This document shows, in pieces, positions 19,172 through 28,564 of a stretch of 64,000 nt of DNA. Every line of letters starts with the position of its first letter. The stretch's first letter is position 1. The notes under the pieces were generated by a model. That model ran no database searches, was not told the DNA's origin, and was given only the letters and a program-made list of their open reading frames with translations. The translations under genes and the position numbers were made by a program. This stretch comes from Syntrophales bacterium (lineage in GTDB: Bacteria > Desulfobacterota > Syntrophia > Syntrophales > PHBD01): contig OY764159.1 of assembly GCA_963668175.1 (NCBI GenBank), positions 4,416,001-4,480,000 on the forward strand, in the 5' to 3' direction.

Positions 19172-20298
19172 AGGAAAGACTCAAAGTGCAGAAGCAGGCC
19201 GGCCTCTATCGGGACCCCCCGGAGATAACCCGCCGGGCCGGTAAATTTGTTTATATCAAGGATCGGAAATATCTGAATTTCGCTTCCAACGACTACCTCG
19301 GCCTCGCTTCTTCCCGGGAAGTACGGAAAAGGGTCGCGGCAAATTTTGCGAAATTCGGTACATCGTCTTCATCCTCGCGGCTCGTGTCCGGCAATTACGG
19401 AATCATCTCCCGGGCGGAAGAAGCCTATGCCCGGCACTTCGGCTACGACCAGGCCCTCTTCTTCCCCAGCGGCTATCAGGCCAACATCGGCCTTATTTCC
19501 GGATTGTTCGACCAGGAAGACACCATTATCTTCGACAAGCATATCCATGCCAGCAGCGTCAAGGGAATAGGCATGAGCCGCGCCGCGTTTTTCGGCTACA
19601 ATCACAACAACATGCCGCACCTGGCCAGACGTCTTGAGGCCAACGCAAACAGACGCCCGGCCGTGCTTACGGAAGCCCTTTTCAGCATGGACGGCGATCT
19701 GCTCGACGTGGAAGGGCTCGACCGTCTCAAGAAGCAATACGACTTTTTAACCATCGTCGACGAGGCCCATTCCTTCGGTGCCCTGGGCCCGGGAGGCCGC
19801 GGCATAGGACGGACGGTGGCGGATGTTGCCGTCGGCACCTTCGGCAAGGCCTTCGCACTCTTCGGGGCCTTTGTCCTCATGCCGGAGGGCTTCAAGGAAT
19901 ATCTCTACAATTTTTCCTCGCCCCTCATCTATTCGACCACATTGCCGGAAGCCCATGCGGCCTCGGCGATAGATATTCTGGATATTGTGCAAAGCAGCGG
20001 CCACAGACGGAGAAAGCTCCGCCATATCAGCGGCCGCATGAAAGATCGGCTGCAACGGGAGGGATTTAAAACCTACGGGGATGCCCACATCCTTGCCGTC
20101 GAAATCGGCGCGGAGGAATTGGCGGTCGCCGTCGCCGGAAGGATGAGAGAAAGGGGCATCTTCGTATTCCCGGCCAGATTTCCAACCGTTCCGCTTCATA
20201 AGGCCATTTTAAGGATCAGCATGACCGCACGGCATACGGATCGAGATGCCGCTTGCTTTATCGACACACTCAAGGAGGCCATCCATTGCGAGAATTAA
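19153..20298 (+). CDS. bioF: 8-amino-7-oxononanoate synthase
   Basis: NFASNDYLGL, SRLVSG, SGYQAN, HAS, FSMDGD, DEAH, GTFGKA. Confidence 0.96.
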   Translation: MREEEIKERLKVQKQAGLYRDPPEITRRAGKFVYIKDRKYLNFASNDYLGLASSREVRKRVAANFAKFGTSSSSSRLVSGNYGIISRAEEAYARHFGYDQALFFPSGYQANIGLISGLFDQEDTIIFDKHIHASSVKGIGMSRAAFFGYNHNNMPHLARRLEANANRRPAVLTEALFSMDGDLLDVEGLDRLKKQYDFLTIVDEAHSFGALGPGGRGIGRTVADVAVGTFGKAFALFGAFVLMPEGFKEYLYNFSSPLIYSTTLPEAHAASAIDILDIVQSSGHRRRKLRHISGRMKDRLQREGFKTYGDAHILAVEIGAEELAVAVAGRMRERGIFVFPARFPTVPLHKAILRISMTARHTDRDAACFIDTLKEAIHCEN

Positions 20299-20975
20299 TC
20301 TTTGTTACAGGTACGGACACGGGCGTGGGCAAAACGGTCCTGTCGCTCATCCTCATGCAGTATTTCTTCAGGAAAGGGAAAAAGCCGTTCTATCTGAAGC
20401 CGGCACAGACCGGATGTATCGATCCTTACGATACCGACAGCGACGCCCGGTTTATTTACAGCCACATACCGCAGTTGGGCGGACAGAATCCCGCCGACTC
20501 GGTGATCCTGTGTTTCAAGAATCCCAAAGCGCCTTTTTTTGCCGCCAGGGATGAAGGAAAAGTCCTCGACATGGAGAAAATATTCAAGGTCATCTCAGAT
20601 CGTCACCGGACTTCCGATCCCTTGATCGTCGAGGCGGCCGGAGGGCTCATGGTCCCCATGACGGACCAGATGCTTGTCGTGGATTTCGTCAAGCTGCTCA
20701 ATGCCAGGCCCCTGCTTGCCGCACGCGCGGGACTGGGCACGATCAACCACACCCTCCTCTCCTTTGAAAGCCTGCGGGCGCGTGGGATACAACCGGCCGG
20801 CATCGTCTTCATGGACTCGGGTCCGTCACCCACCGACAAGGAAATGATTGCGGAAAACATCGAAGCCGTCAGACAATTTTCCGGGATAACCGTCGCCGGT
20901 ACCATCGGGGCCATCGGCGATTTCTCCAACCCGGGAGACGACTGCTTCCGGCCCCTGGAGAAGATCTACGGATAA
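20286..20975 (+). CDS. bioD: Dethiobiotin synthase
   Basis: FVTGTDTGVGKT, KPAQTG, EAAGG, LGTINH. TTG start with AGGAGG RBS. Confidence 0.96.
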   Translation: MRELIFVTGTDTGVGKTVLSLILMQYFFRKGKKPFYLKPAQTGCIDPYDTDSDARFIYSHIPQLGGQNPADSVILCFKNPKAPFFAARDEGKVLDMEKIFKVISDRHRTSDPLIVEAAGGLMVPMTDQMLVVDFVKLLNARPLLAARAGLGTINHTLLSFESLRARGIQPAGIVFMDSGPSPTDKEMIAENIEAVRQFSGITVAGTIGAIGDFSNPGDDCFRPLEKIYG

Positions 20976-21229
20976 TCTCGGGCAGCAAGCCCGTATTCAC
21001 TTTTAACTTCAGCCATTAGTCGTTGCGGGACGGACAGGAGCATTTGTCATATCAAGGCACCAAAGATGTGGCGGAAAACGGAAGCCCATGTTATAGGTTA
21101 TCAGACAATCGGCACGACAGACCTGTCTGGAGATGACATGTCCGGGGCAGTTTGCGGTACGGTTGGATTTGTTTTCCGTTGTAATAATGGACGGATATTG
21201 TCATCCCAAAGCCCGAGAACACATATTTT

Positions 21230-22093
21230 ATGACCTATCGTTATCGTCTTACCGAAGATGACATAGCCGGATTCAAAGACTGGTTTCTGAACTATACGGC
21301 ATCCTTTCATTCGGGCGCCGAACATGACGAGCAAAGCTACGTCCTCAAGAAGAGACATTCCTTCAAAGTCGCCCGGGCGATAAGGATTGTCGGCGAGTCA
21401 CTGGGCCTGAATCCTAACGATCTCCGGGTGGCCGAGGCGATGGCGTTACTGCACGATGTGGGTCGATTTGAACAGTATGCGCGATACAGAACATTCGCCG
21501 ATGCCAAGTCGGTGGACCATGCCGATCTGGGCGTCCAGGTCCTTCGTGAGTGCCGAATCCTGGATACCCTGGGACAACAGACCCGGGATATTATTCTGAA
21601 GGCCATTTCTTACCATAACCGACTCAGTATTCCCGCCGACGAGACGGAGGAATGCCTCTTTTTCAGCCGGCTCTTACGGGACGCGGACAAAATCGATATT
21701 TTTCGCGTCGCCACCTGTTATTACCTGGACAAGGACTCGGAGCGCAATGCCGCCATTGAGCTCGACCTGCCCGATTCCGACGAAATCTCCGGAGAGATCA
21801 TCCGATGCCTGGAAGAAGGCCGTCTCGTCCGGAGCGGGCTGTTAAAATCTCTGAATGACTTTAAGCTCCTCCAGATGGGTTGGGTTTACGATATGAATTT
21901 TCTGCCCGCCCTGCAACTGATCCGGGAAAAAGGCTACATCGAAGCCATTCGCCTGGCTCTCCCGGCTTCAGACGATGTTGACAGGGCATATGCCCGGGTC
22001 GCGGCATATCTTCATGAACGGCTGAACGGCGGGCAGAAGCTTGTCAATCGGGAACCGTGCGGGTCGGCGAAGGAGGCCGGTTTCTTACGGTGA
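21230..22093 (+). CDS. HD-domain metal-dependent phosphohydrolase
   Basis: H..., LLHDVGRFEQY, DHA, YHN and RDADKID. Confidence 0.85.
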   Translation: MTYRYRLTEDDIAGFKDWFLNYTASFHSGAEHDEQSYVLKKRHSFKVARAIRIVGESLGLNPNDLRVAEAMALLHDVGRFEQYARYRTFADAKSVDHADLGVQVLRECRILDTLGQQTRDIILKAISYHNRLSIPADETEECLFFSRLLRDADKIDIFRVATCYYLDKDSERNAAIELDLPDSDEISGEIIRCLEEGRLVRSGLLKSLNDFKLLQMGWVYDMNFLPALQLIREKGYIEAIRLALPASDDVDRAYARVAAYLHERLNGGQKLVNREPCGSAKEAGFLR

Positions 22094-22228
22094 TTATATC
22101 TTTCCGAACCCGGTAGACGAACCGTAGCGGAGATCGAAGCCGACAAAGTCCGCAGGTATTGTTTCCATTGATTTTCTTACTATTTTGTGGTTTTATTCCG
22201 GGTAATCGAACAGAGGAAGGAAATCTTT

Positions 22229-22945
22229 ATGGACAGACAGATCGTGGATGACGCCCGCAAGGCCAATGTCGATTTCCTGATCAGGCATATCCCCTTCCTG
22301 GCTTGCCTGACCCCGGACGAAATTACCAGCATAAGAAATATCGTCATTGAAAGGCAGTTCGCCAAAAACCAGGTTATTCTTCACGAAGAAGAAACGTCCA
22401 ACTTTTTCTATTTTATCTATACGGGCGAAGTCAAAATCATTCAAATCAGCGTGGAGGGAAAAGAAAGAATTCTTGCCATCCATAAACGCGGCGAATACTT
22501 CGGCGAAATGTCCATTCTGGACGGCAAGACCTTGCCGGCGACCGTCGTGGCCATGGAAGATACCCGGATCGGATTGATATCCCGGGAAAATTTCATGAGA
22601 TACCTGCTGAGCAACGAGAAGGTTTTAAAGGAACTTATCGCCATCCTCTGCTCAAGATTGAGGGAATCCTGGCTCATGATCAAGGTCTTAAGCTTTGCCG
22701 ATGCGGAGCAGAGAGTGCGGGTCGTTCTGAAAAATATGGGGGATCACTTCGGCGTCAAGGATCAGCGCGGCATATTGATCAGTCTGCGCTTGACCCACAA
22801 CGACATCGCCAACCTGGCATCCATCTCCCGGGAAACGGTGACCCGAACGCTAAACCGTCTCGAAGACAACGGTGAAATTGAAGTTCTCGAGGGTAAAAAA
22901 GTCCTCATGAAACCCCTCTTCACGGAAAGAATGGACATCCTCTGA
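22229..22945 (+). CDS. Crp/Fnr family transcriptional regulator
   Basis: Cyclic-nucleotide-binding fold (GEYFGEMS) and HTH LTHNDIANLASISRETVTR. Confidence 0.92.
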   Translation: MDRQIVDDARKANVDFLIRHIPFLACLTPDEITSIRNIVIERQFAKNQVILHEEETSNFFYFIYTGEVKIIQISVEGKERILAIHKRGEYFGEMSILDGKTLPATVVAMEDTRIGLISRENFMRYLLSNEKVLKELIAILCSRLRESWLMIKVLSFADAEQRVRVVLKNMGDHFGVKDQRGILISLRLTHNDIANLASISRETVTRTLNRLEDNGEIEVLEGKKVLMKPLFTERMDIL

Positions 22946-23070
22946 GGAGGGCTATCGGGTCCGGTCTTGAACAACCCGTTTCCGAACGACTTTCCCCATC
23001 GGCGGCCTGCCAAATCCCTTTTTAACCATCCCGCTTCACACCTCGTTCCATCCAGTTACTGCACCTCTTT

Positions 23071-23086
23071 TGTGACCTGGATCACA
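23071..23086. promoter_or_regulatory. CRP-type binding site (TGTGA-N6-TCACA)
   Basis: TGTGACCTGGATCACA matches the consensus exactly. TGG-TATAAA follows at 23103-23111. Confidence 0.75.
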
Positions 23087-23188
23087 GATCATTGTCCCAT
23101 TCTGGTATAAATCTGACATCAAAGCCGGCAGGTCGGCATTGGGACCTGGGATCAACTGTTTAACACTAGGAACGAAAGGAGGCCAACC

Positions 23189-23461
23189 ATGGATACGATC
23201 ATGTCAACCGTCGTCGAAATTCCCATGAATCATATTGCCATGGTCCTGTCGATCAGTACCCTCGCTCTGATTTTCGGGCATATCAGACTGGCGGTTCTGA
23301 TCAATTATTGTTTCATCATTTACAGCGGTCGCCTATGGGATATGAATATTTTCGGCGACCCGGCCGCATCCAGCCTTAATGCTCCTGCCATTGCCTTCAC
23401 CGGAATCTGGATCGTCATCATTCTTCTGGCGGCAGTCAGTCTGGCGTTCCACCGAAATTGA
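23189..23461 (+). CDS. Small hypothetical membrane protein
   Basis: AAGGAGG RBS; 90 aa with 2-3 hydrophobic segments. Confidence 0.7.
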   Translation: MDTIMSTVVEIPMNHIAMVLSISTLALIFGHIRLAVLINYCFIIYSGRLWDMNIFGDPAASSLNAPAIAFTGIWIVIILLAAVSLAFHRN

Positions 23462-23530
23462 AAGATTCCGATGAGTACGCCGCGGGAGGGCAGGCATGAT
23501 TCGTTACAAGAAAGGCGGCGGGAGGTCGCC

Positions 23531-23755
23531 ATGGAGTATCAAGAGATTTCAATCATAGAGGCCATAGCCTTAATTGTCGATCACAGGGCGGACAAAGCCA
23601 TTGACAGCGACGGGGCGATCCTGAAACTGTTCAAGGAAGGATTCGTTTTGCTGGACAGCGGCGCCAAGATCTTTACGGAAGTGGGATTCAATGCGAGATC
23701 ACGAGGCCGTATCGACATCTATGACAAATACGTCCGCAAGTACGTCATTCACTGA
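23531..23755 (+). CDS. Small hypothetical protein
   Basis: GGAGG RBS before ATG 23531; 74 aa. Confidence 0.6.
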   Translation: MEYQEISIIEAIALIVDHRADKAIDSDGAILKLFKEGFVLLDSGAKIFTEVGFNARSRGRIDIYDKYVRKYVIH

Positions 23756-23793
23756 ATATGGAATATCTGAAGGGCGGGGGTCCTCTTTCTCCT

Positions 23794-24753
23794 TCATCCG
23801 GAAGCCCGGCCGCCGAAGAATATGGACCATCCTGCCAGGAGAGAAGCCGGCACTAAGGAAACCGCCCCCGAGGCCTCGGAAACCGGCGTGAAACCGCAGT
23901 GCGTACAGTCGATATGCCCCCGCCGCCTGGCATAACATCCTACCGAGATTTGCCCGTCGGGATCGACATTGATCAATACGTCGTCGTGACATATCCAATC
24001 GTTCCGGATCATGGCCCGGAGGCTTCGTTCCGAATTCAGGATCGGAAACCCCTTTTTTTTAAGCTGCACGGCCGATTCTATGGCGTTTTCGCGCTCCGGC
24101 GGCAACAACGCCAGATGCTCCTCGCCACGGCCGTAAGGGTAAAAAAGCTGGATTGTCACGCCTCTTACCGACGCTATCTGCCGAATCTCTCGCAGCATCA
24201 TTTCCATATCCCGCCAATTCTCCCGGTTCAAAGTAAAATGAACGAGGATGTTGGCATGGGAGGCATGCTGCAGATGATGCCAGACTTGAGCGTAGGAACC
24301 GCTGCGCAGCCGGTCATGCGTCTCTGCCGTACCGTCCACGCTCACCCAGAGGATATCGGCGGGAACGGACAGGGGAAATGTGCCGTTGGTCGTTACGGCC
24401 ACGCGGGGAAACAGCCCCTTGGTATACAGCACGAGATCGGACAGGTTTCGGCCGCCGTCCCGCCATAGGAACGGCTCCCCCCCTTCAAAAACAACGATCT
24501 GCGTTCCCTTTCTTCTTAGCTTCTCCAGGGAAAGAACGGCCGTATCCCAATCCATGTGGGCCCGTTCTTCATCCGCCCTCATGTGGAAAGGACACGCTCG
24601 GCAGGCGAGGTTGCACCGGTATGTCAATTTGAAGCTTGCCAAAAGAGGAATATTTTGTCCGAGCAGCTTGCGGCGGATAAAATATTTCAAGAGGCTGGCG
24701 GCAAAAAGCATTTGATTACATGTACGTTGCAAAAACCATCCGGTTTTTGTCAT
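23794..24753 (-). CDS. Radical SAM protein with Cys-rich C-terminal (SPASM/twitch-like) region
   Basis: CNLACRAC, GGEP, TTNG, SVDG; C-terminal C...C...CTHC. Confidence 0.88.
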   Translation of the reverse strand: MTKTGWFLQRTCNQMLFAASLLKYFIRRKLLGQNIPLLASFKLTYRCNLACRACPFHMRADEERAHMDWDTAVLSLEKLRRKGTQIVVFEGGEPFLWRDGGRNLSDLVLYTKGLFPRVAVTTNGTFPLSVPADILWVSVDGTAETHDRLRSGSYAQVWHHLQHASHANILVHFTLNRENWRDMEMMLREIRQIASVRGVTIQLFYPYGRGEEHLALLPPERENAIESAVQLKKKGFPILNSERSLRAMIRNDWICHDDVLINVDPDGQISVGCYARRRGHIDCTHCGFTPVSEASGAVSLVPASLLAGWSIFFGGRASG

Positions 24754-24825
24754 TTATTCCGGAACCGGACGTAAGGTGAATCATTCAAGGCCGCAACGAC
24801 CCATTCACCTTCGGCGACCGGGGAA

Positions 24826-25140
24826 TCAGCAGCAACTGCATCCCCCTCCGCACGCCGCCCCGGCGGGCAGATTGGAAGTCAATTTAAAGCCGGATCCCTG
24901 CTCCGTTTCGATGAAGTCGATATGAATCGGCTTTGCATCTTCGAACAGTTCCTTCTCAATCAGAAAAGCGATGCCCTTTTCCGTAAATTGAAGGTCGCTG
25001 TCCTGCAGGTCGTCAAGCGCCATCCCCAGAGCAGGGCCGCCGCAACCGGCATGAACATGAATTCTTATGGTATGGGGTTCCTCCTGGGTCTTGAGGAATT
25101 CTTTGATCATCTCGCTCGCCTTGTCACTTACCTCTAACAT
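24826..25140 (-). CDS. IscA/HesB-like protein (Cys form)
   Basis: MLEVSDKA, AGCGGPALGMALD, C-terminal CGGGCSCC; GGAGG RBS. Confidence 0.85.
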   Translation of the reverse strand: MLEVSDKASEMIKEFLKTQEEPHTIRIHVHAGCGGPALGMALDDLQDSDLQFTEKGIAFLIEKELFEDAKPIHIDFIETEQGSGFKLTSNLPAGAACGGGCSCC

Positions 25141-25521
25141 ACTGCCTCCAATCATGGCAAAAGTGTCATTGTACTGCCGTTTTATCATCAAAAGACGAAG
25201 AACGATCGGGACATACAAGCCCTATCGTCCTTTCGCCGCAGGAGTAATATAGTCACCCTTGCCCAGGATGGCAAATAAAGCAAGCAGATTTTTTTCGTCC
25301 GGCAGCCGGAACCGGCGCAGCGAAGGGAAAGCCGCGATGCTTCAAGATGTCTCTTTTCATCTCGTTGTGATATATTCGTCGTTACGAGGAAGGACTGTCC
25401 GGACGTGCAGTCGAATCCCCATACGAGGAAAGCCCGATGTTCCCCGTGCAGCCCCGGGAAACGGCAGCAGAAGGCCGCGCAGTCCATGGTCTGATTCTGA
25501 TATTCATTAAAGGGATGGAGA

Positions 25522-26325
25522 ATGCCGAAAATCAGGATACGGGACATCGATATCCATTACGAATCGGCCGGCGAAGGTCCGTCCCTCGTCTTTATCCACG
25601 GCCTCGGTTCGAGCACGAGGGACTGGGAAAAGCAGGTCGCCTTCTTTTCTTCCCGATACCGTGTTGTCACCTTTGATTGCCGCGGCCACGGCCAATCGGA
25701 CAAGCCCCGGGGGCCGTACAGCGTCCCGATGTTTGCCGAAGACGCCGCAGGGTTGATAAAATCCCTGGGCATCGCCCCCGCTCACATCGTGGGGCTCTCC
25801 ATGGGGGGTATGATCGCCTTTCAGCTGGCCGTCTCGGAGCCCGATCTCGTCAAGACCATGGTGATTGTCAACAGCGGTCCGGCAATGGTTCTTCGATCAT
25901 ATAAAGAAAAATGGATGTTCTTCAAAAGGAGACTCATCGCGCGTTTCCTTGGAATGCGCATGATGGGGAAGTTTTTGGCACAGATTCTCCTTCCCGAGCC
26001 TGAACAGGAACCGCTAAGGAAGATTCTTGTCTCGCGATGGTCCGAAAACGACCGTCGGGCCTATTTAGATTCGATGAAGGCCCTTTTCGGATGGAGCGTC
26101 ATGGATAAAGTGAAGGCGATCCGTTGCCCCGCCCTGATCGTTGCGGCCGATCAGGACTATACGCCGGTTGCCGCCAAGGAGGCCTACGCGGCCCTGATGC
26201 CTCACGCGGAAGTCGTTGTCATCCATAAGTCCCGTCATTTAACGCCTATCGACCAACCCATACCGTTCAATGAGGCCGTTATGGCTTTCCTCCTTCGTTA
26301 CAGCAATTCGGGAACAGAGGCATGA
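25522..26325 (+). CDS. Alpha/beta hydrolase (enol-lactonase-like)
   Basis: HGLG, DCRGHG, nucleophile elbow GLSMGG, then Asp and His. Confidence 0.88.
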   Translation: MPKIRIRDIDIHYESAGEGPSLVFIHGLGSSTRDWEKQVAFFSSRYRVVTFDCRGHGQSDKPRGPYSVPMFAEDAAGLIKSLGIAPAHIVGLSMGGMIAFQLAVSEPDLVKTMVIVNSGPAMVLRSYKEKWMFFKRRLIARFLGMRMMGKFLAQILLPEPEQEPLRKILVSRWSENDRRAYLDSMKALFGWSVMDKVKAIRCPALIVAADQDYTPVAAKEAYAALMPHAEVVVIHKSRHLTPIDQPIPFNEAVMAFLLRYSNSGTEA

Positions 26326-26957
26326 CCGCACTTGTAACCATCTTCTTCTCTTCTTTCGTCATTGCCCTGTCCGGCGCCTTGATGCCGGGACCTCTCCTGA
26401 CCGCCACGATCAGCGAAAGCTCCCGACGGGGCGTCACCGCCGGTCCCCTATTGATCCTGGGACACGGCATTCTCGAACTGGCTCTGGTCGTCGCCATCAT
26501 GACGGGATTGGCACCTTTTTTTCAGAGCCGCGGGCTTTTTACGGCCATCGCCTTTGTCGGCAGCGTTATCCTCTTGTGGATGGCGGTAGGCATGTTTCGT
26601 TCCCTCCCGGACCTGTCGCTCGCCACAAGCGGCGACGGCCAGGCCGAAAACCGCCTCGTGGTGGACGGCATCTTGCTCAGTGTATCCAACCCGTACTGGA
26701 CATTATGGTGGGCAACCATCGGTCTGGGGTACATCGTCCAGTCGCAACGTTACGGCCTTTGGGGCGTCGCGGCCTTCTTTTCCGGTCATATTCTGGCAGA
26801 CCTGGCCTGGTATACGGCCGTATCGGCGGGAATTGGAAAGGGACGGCACTTCCTCAACGACCGCGTGTATCGCGGGATCATAGGGACATGCGCAGCCTTG
26901 CTGATCGCCTTTGCCGGCTACTTTCTCTACACGGGAATCGTGAACATGATGGCCTGA
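26322..26957 (+). CDS. LysE-family transporter
   Basis: LMPGP, GHGILE and SNPYW motifs; about 6 TMs. Confidence 0.85.
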   Translation: MTALVTIFFSSFVIALSGALMPGPLLTATISESSRRGVTAGPLLILGHGILELALVVAIMTGLAPFFQSRGLFTAIAFVGSVILLWMAVGMFRSLPDLSLATSGDGQAENRLVVDGILLSVSNPYWTLWWATIGLGYIVQSQRYGLWGVAAFFSGHILADLAWYTAVSAGIGKGRHFLNDRVYRGIIGTCAALLIAFAGYFLYTGIVNMMA

Positions 26958-27089
26958 CCGGTAAGTTCACCCGGACGAGATCACAGCGGAACACTTTGGA
27001 CAGGAGAAGACCGTTTTTCGTCAGTAATGATTCTCCAAGGGCGGCTTTCGATTCCTGAAAACCCGCTTGCATGATCGTCCGGCCTCCAT

Positions 27090-28358
27090 TCAGCGGGTAT
27101 CAAAGAGACAATATTGGTTGCGACCCGATGCCTTGGCCTTGTTCATGGCCATGTCGCTGTTCCTGATCAGTGATTCCGCATCCCTGCCGTGATTGGGAAA
27201 GATGGACACCCCAACGCTCATGTGAATGAATATTTGCTGCCCCTGGACGATGAAGGGAAGCTGAAAGGCGTCCATCACTCTCCTGGCGACCCGGAAAATG
27301 TGATTGACCTGATCGAGCCTGGGGATCAGCGCGATAAATTCGTCGCCACCGAGACGGGCAAGGGTATCCTCCTTCCGTAAGAGAACCTCCAAGCGGCGCG
27401 CAACGGCGTTCAGCAGTTCATCCCCCGCCTGGACCCCCAGGGCGTCGTTGAGATTCTTGAACCTGTCGAGATTCATCATCATGACGGCCAGTTTATGCTG
27501 ATACCTCCCGGCAAAGGAAATGGCCGCCTGCAGCCGGTCACCAAACAGGTGCTTGCCCGGCAGGCCGGTCAGGCTGTCATAATAACCGGTTTTTACCGTT
27601 TTCTCTGCTTTCTCCCTTTGTCCTTCGTCCGTTTCTGAAATATTACCCAGAACAGCCCGTTTCCCCCAATATGAAATGGAAACGACCGTTTCAGTAAACC
27701 AGCGGACATGGCCCTGTTTATCGACAATCCGGTATGCATAGGGGTCCGACCTCTGGCCGGAAAGCATCTTTATTGCGGCCTCTCTGACCGCCGTTTTGTC
27801 TTCGGCATGGATATAATCCGTACTCGCCGATCCGATCAATTCTTCGGCAGTATAGCCCGTATACTCGGTCACGTGCCGGTTGACCATTTTAATGACACGA
27901 TCCTGGAGTATATAGATGCCGGTTTGAAGGACACGACCGATATTACCGTAAAATTCATCGTTCTCTCCCGATCGGGCGGCATCGGTCATGAAGAAGACTG
28001 CAACCGGTTCATCGCGATACGTGATCAGGCTGCCCGTCAGAAGCACGGCGACGCGACTCTTTGACGCTGTTTTCAGAATGACTTGGAAATCAGCAACCCG
28101 TTTCTTTTCCTGCAACAACCCCATCAGGCCATCATAATCTTCGGGATCGCAGAAGAAGCTCAAGGCCGGGCGTCCCGTCATCGCCTGTTGTTCCGTCTCA
28201 AAAAAAGCCGAAGCTTTATCATTGACAAAGATGAGGAGGCCATCGGTCAATCGGCTGACAAGGACAGGATGGGGGGCATGATTGAGCAGGTCGAAGCAGA
28301 TGCCTTCGGGCACAGGCGAGGCCTTGCCTGTGGAGTTCATCGCTACATCGGATTTCAT
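27090..28358 (-). CDS. PAS-PAS-GGDEF diguanylate cyclase
   Basis: YDSLTGLP, DRFKNLND, RLGGDEF, SVGVS, AKASGRN; two N-terminal PAS domains, no TM. Confidence 0.92.
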   Translation of the reverse strand: MKSDVAMNSTGKASPVPEGICFDLLNHAPHPVLVSRLTDGLLIFVNDKASAFFETEQQAMTGRPALSFFCDPEDYDGLMGLLQEKKRVADFQVILKTASKSRVAVLLTGSLITYRDEPVAVFFMTDAARSGENDEFYGNIGRVLQTGIYILQDRVIKMVNRHVTEYTGYTAEELIGSASTDYIHAEDKTAVREAAIKMLSGQRSDPYAYRIVDKQGHVRWFTETVVSISYWGKRAVLGNISETDEGQREKAEKTVKTGYYDSLTGLPGKHLFGDRLQAAISFAGRYQHKLAVMMMNLDRFKNLNDALGVQAGDELLNAVARRLEVLLRKEDTLARLGGDEFIALIPRLDQVNHIFRVARRVMDAFQLPFIVQGQQIFIHMSVGVSIFPNHGRDAESLIRNSDMAMNKAKASGRNQYCLFDTR

Positions 28359-28564
28359 GAAGATCGTCCCTCCGTATGATATAGCTTGTCCTGCGGCGGA
28401 TACGACGACCACGCCGCATGTAACTCCCCTTCCGGCCCCTCACCCGTAACCGTTGAATTTGTCATATAATTGAATGGATAGGAAGTCAAGTTCTGAGATG
28501 GATGTCACGCGGGGAGGCGATGAAAATGACGCGGAAAATCGCGAGCGTCGCAAGGATGCCTATT

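Noticed and set aside
24826..25140. Selenoprotein (UGA recoding) in the HesB-like gene
   Set aside because: The codon is TGC and the ORF is uninterrupted.
25190..25520. Possible riboswitch or ncRNA in the 380-bp divergent gap
   Set aside because: Some short stems, but no recognisable cobalamin, TPP, SAM or FMN consensus.
25522..26325. Alpha/beta hydrolase as a BioH substitute
   Set aside because: It lies 4.5 kb from the bio operon, is coupled to a LysE gene, has no BirA box and has no bioC partner.
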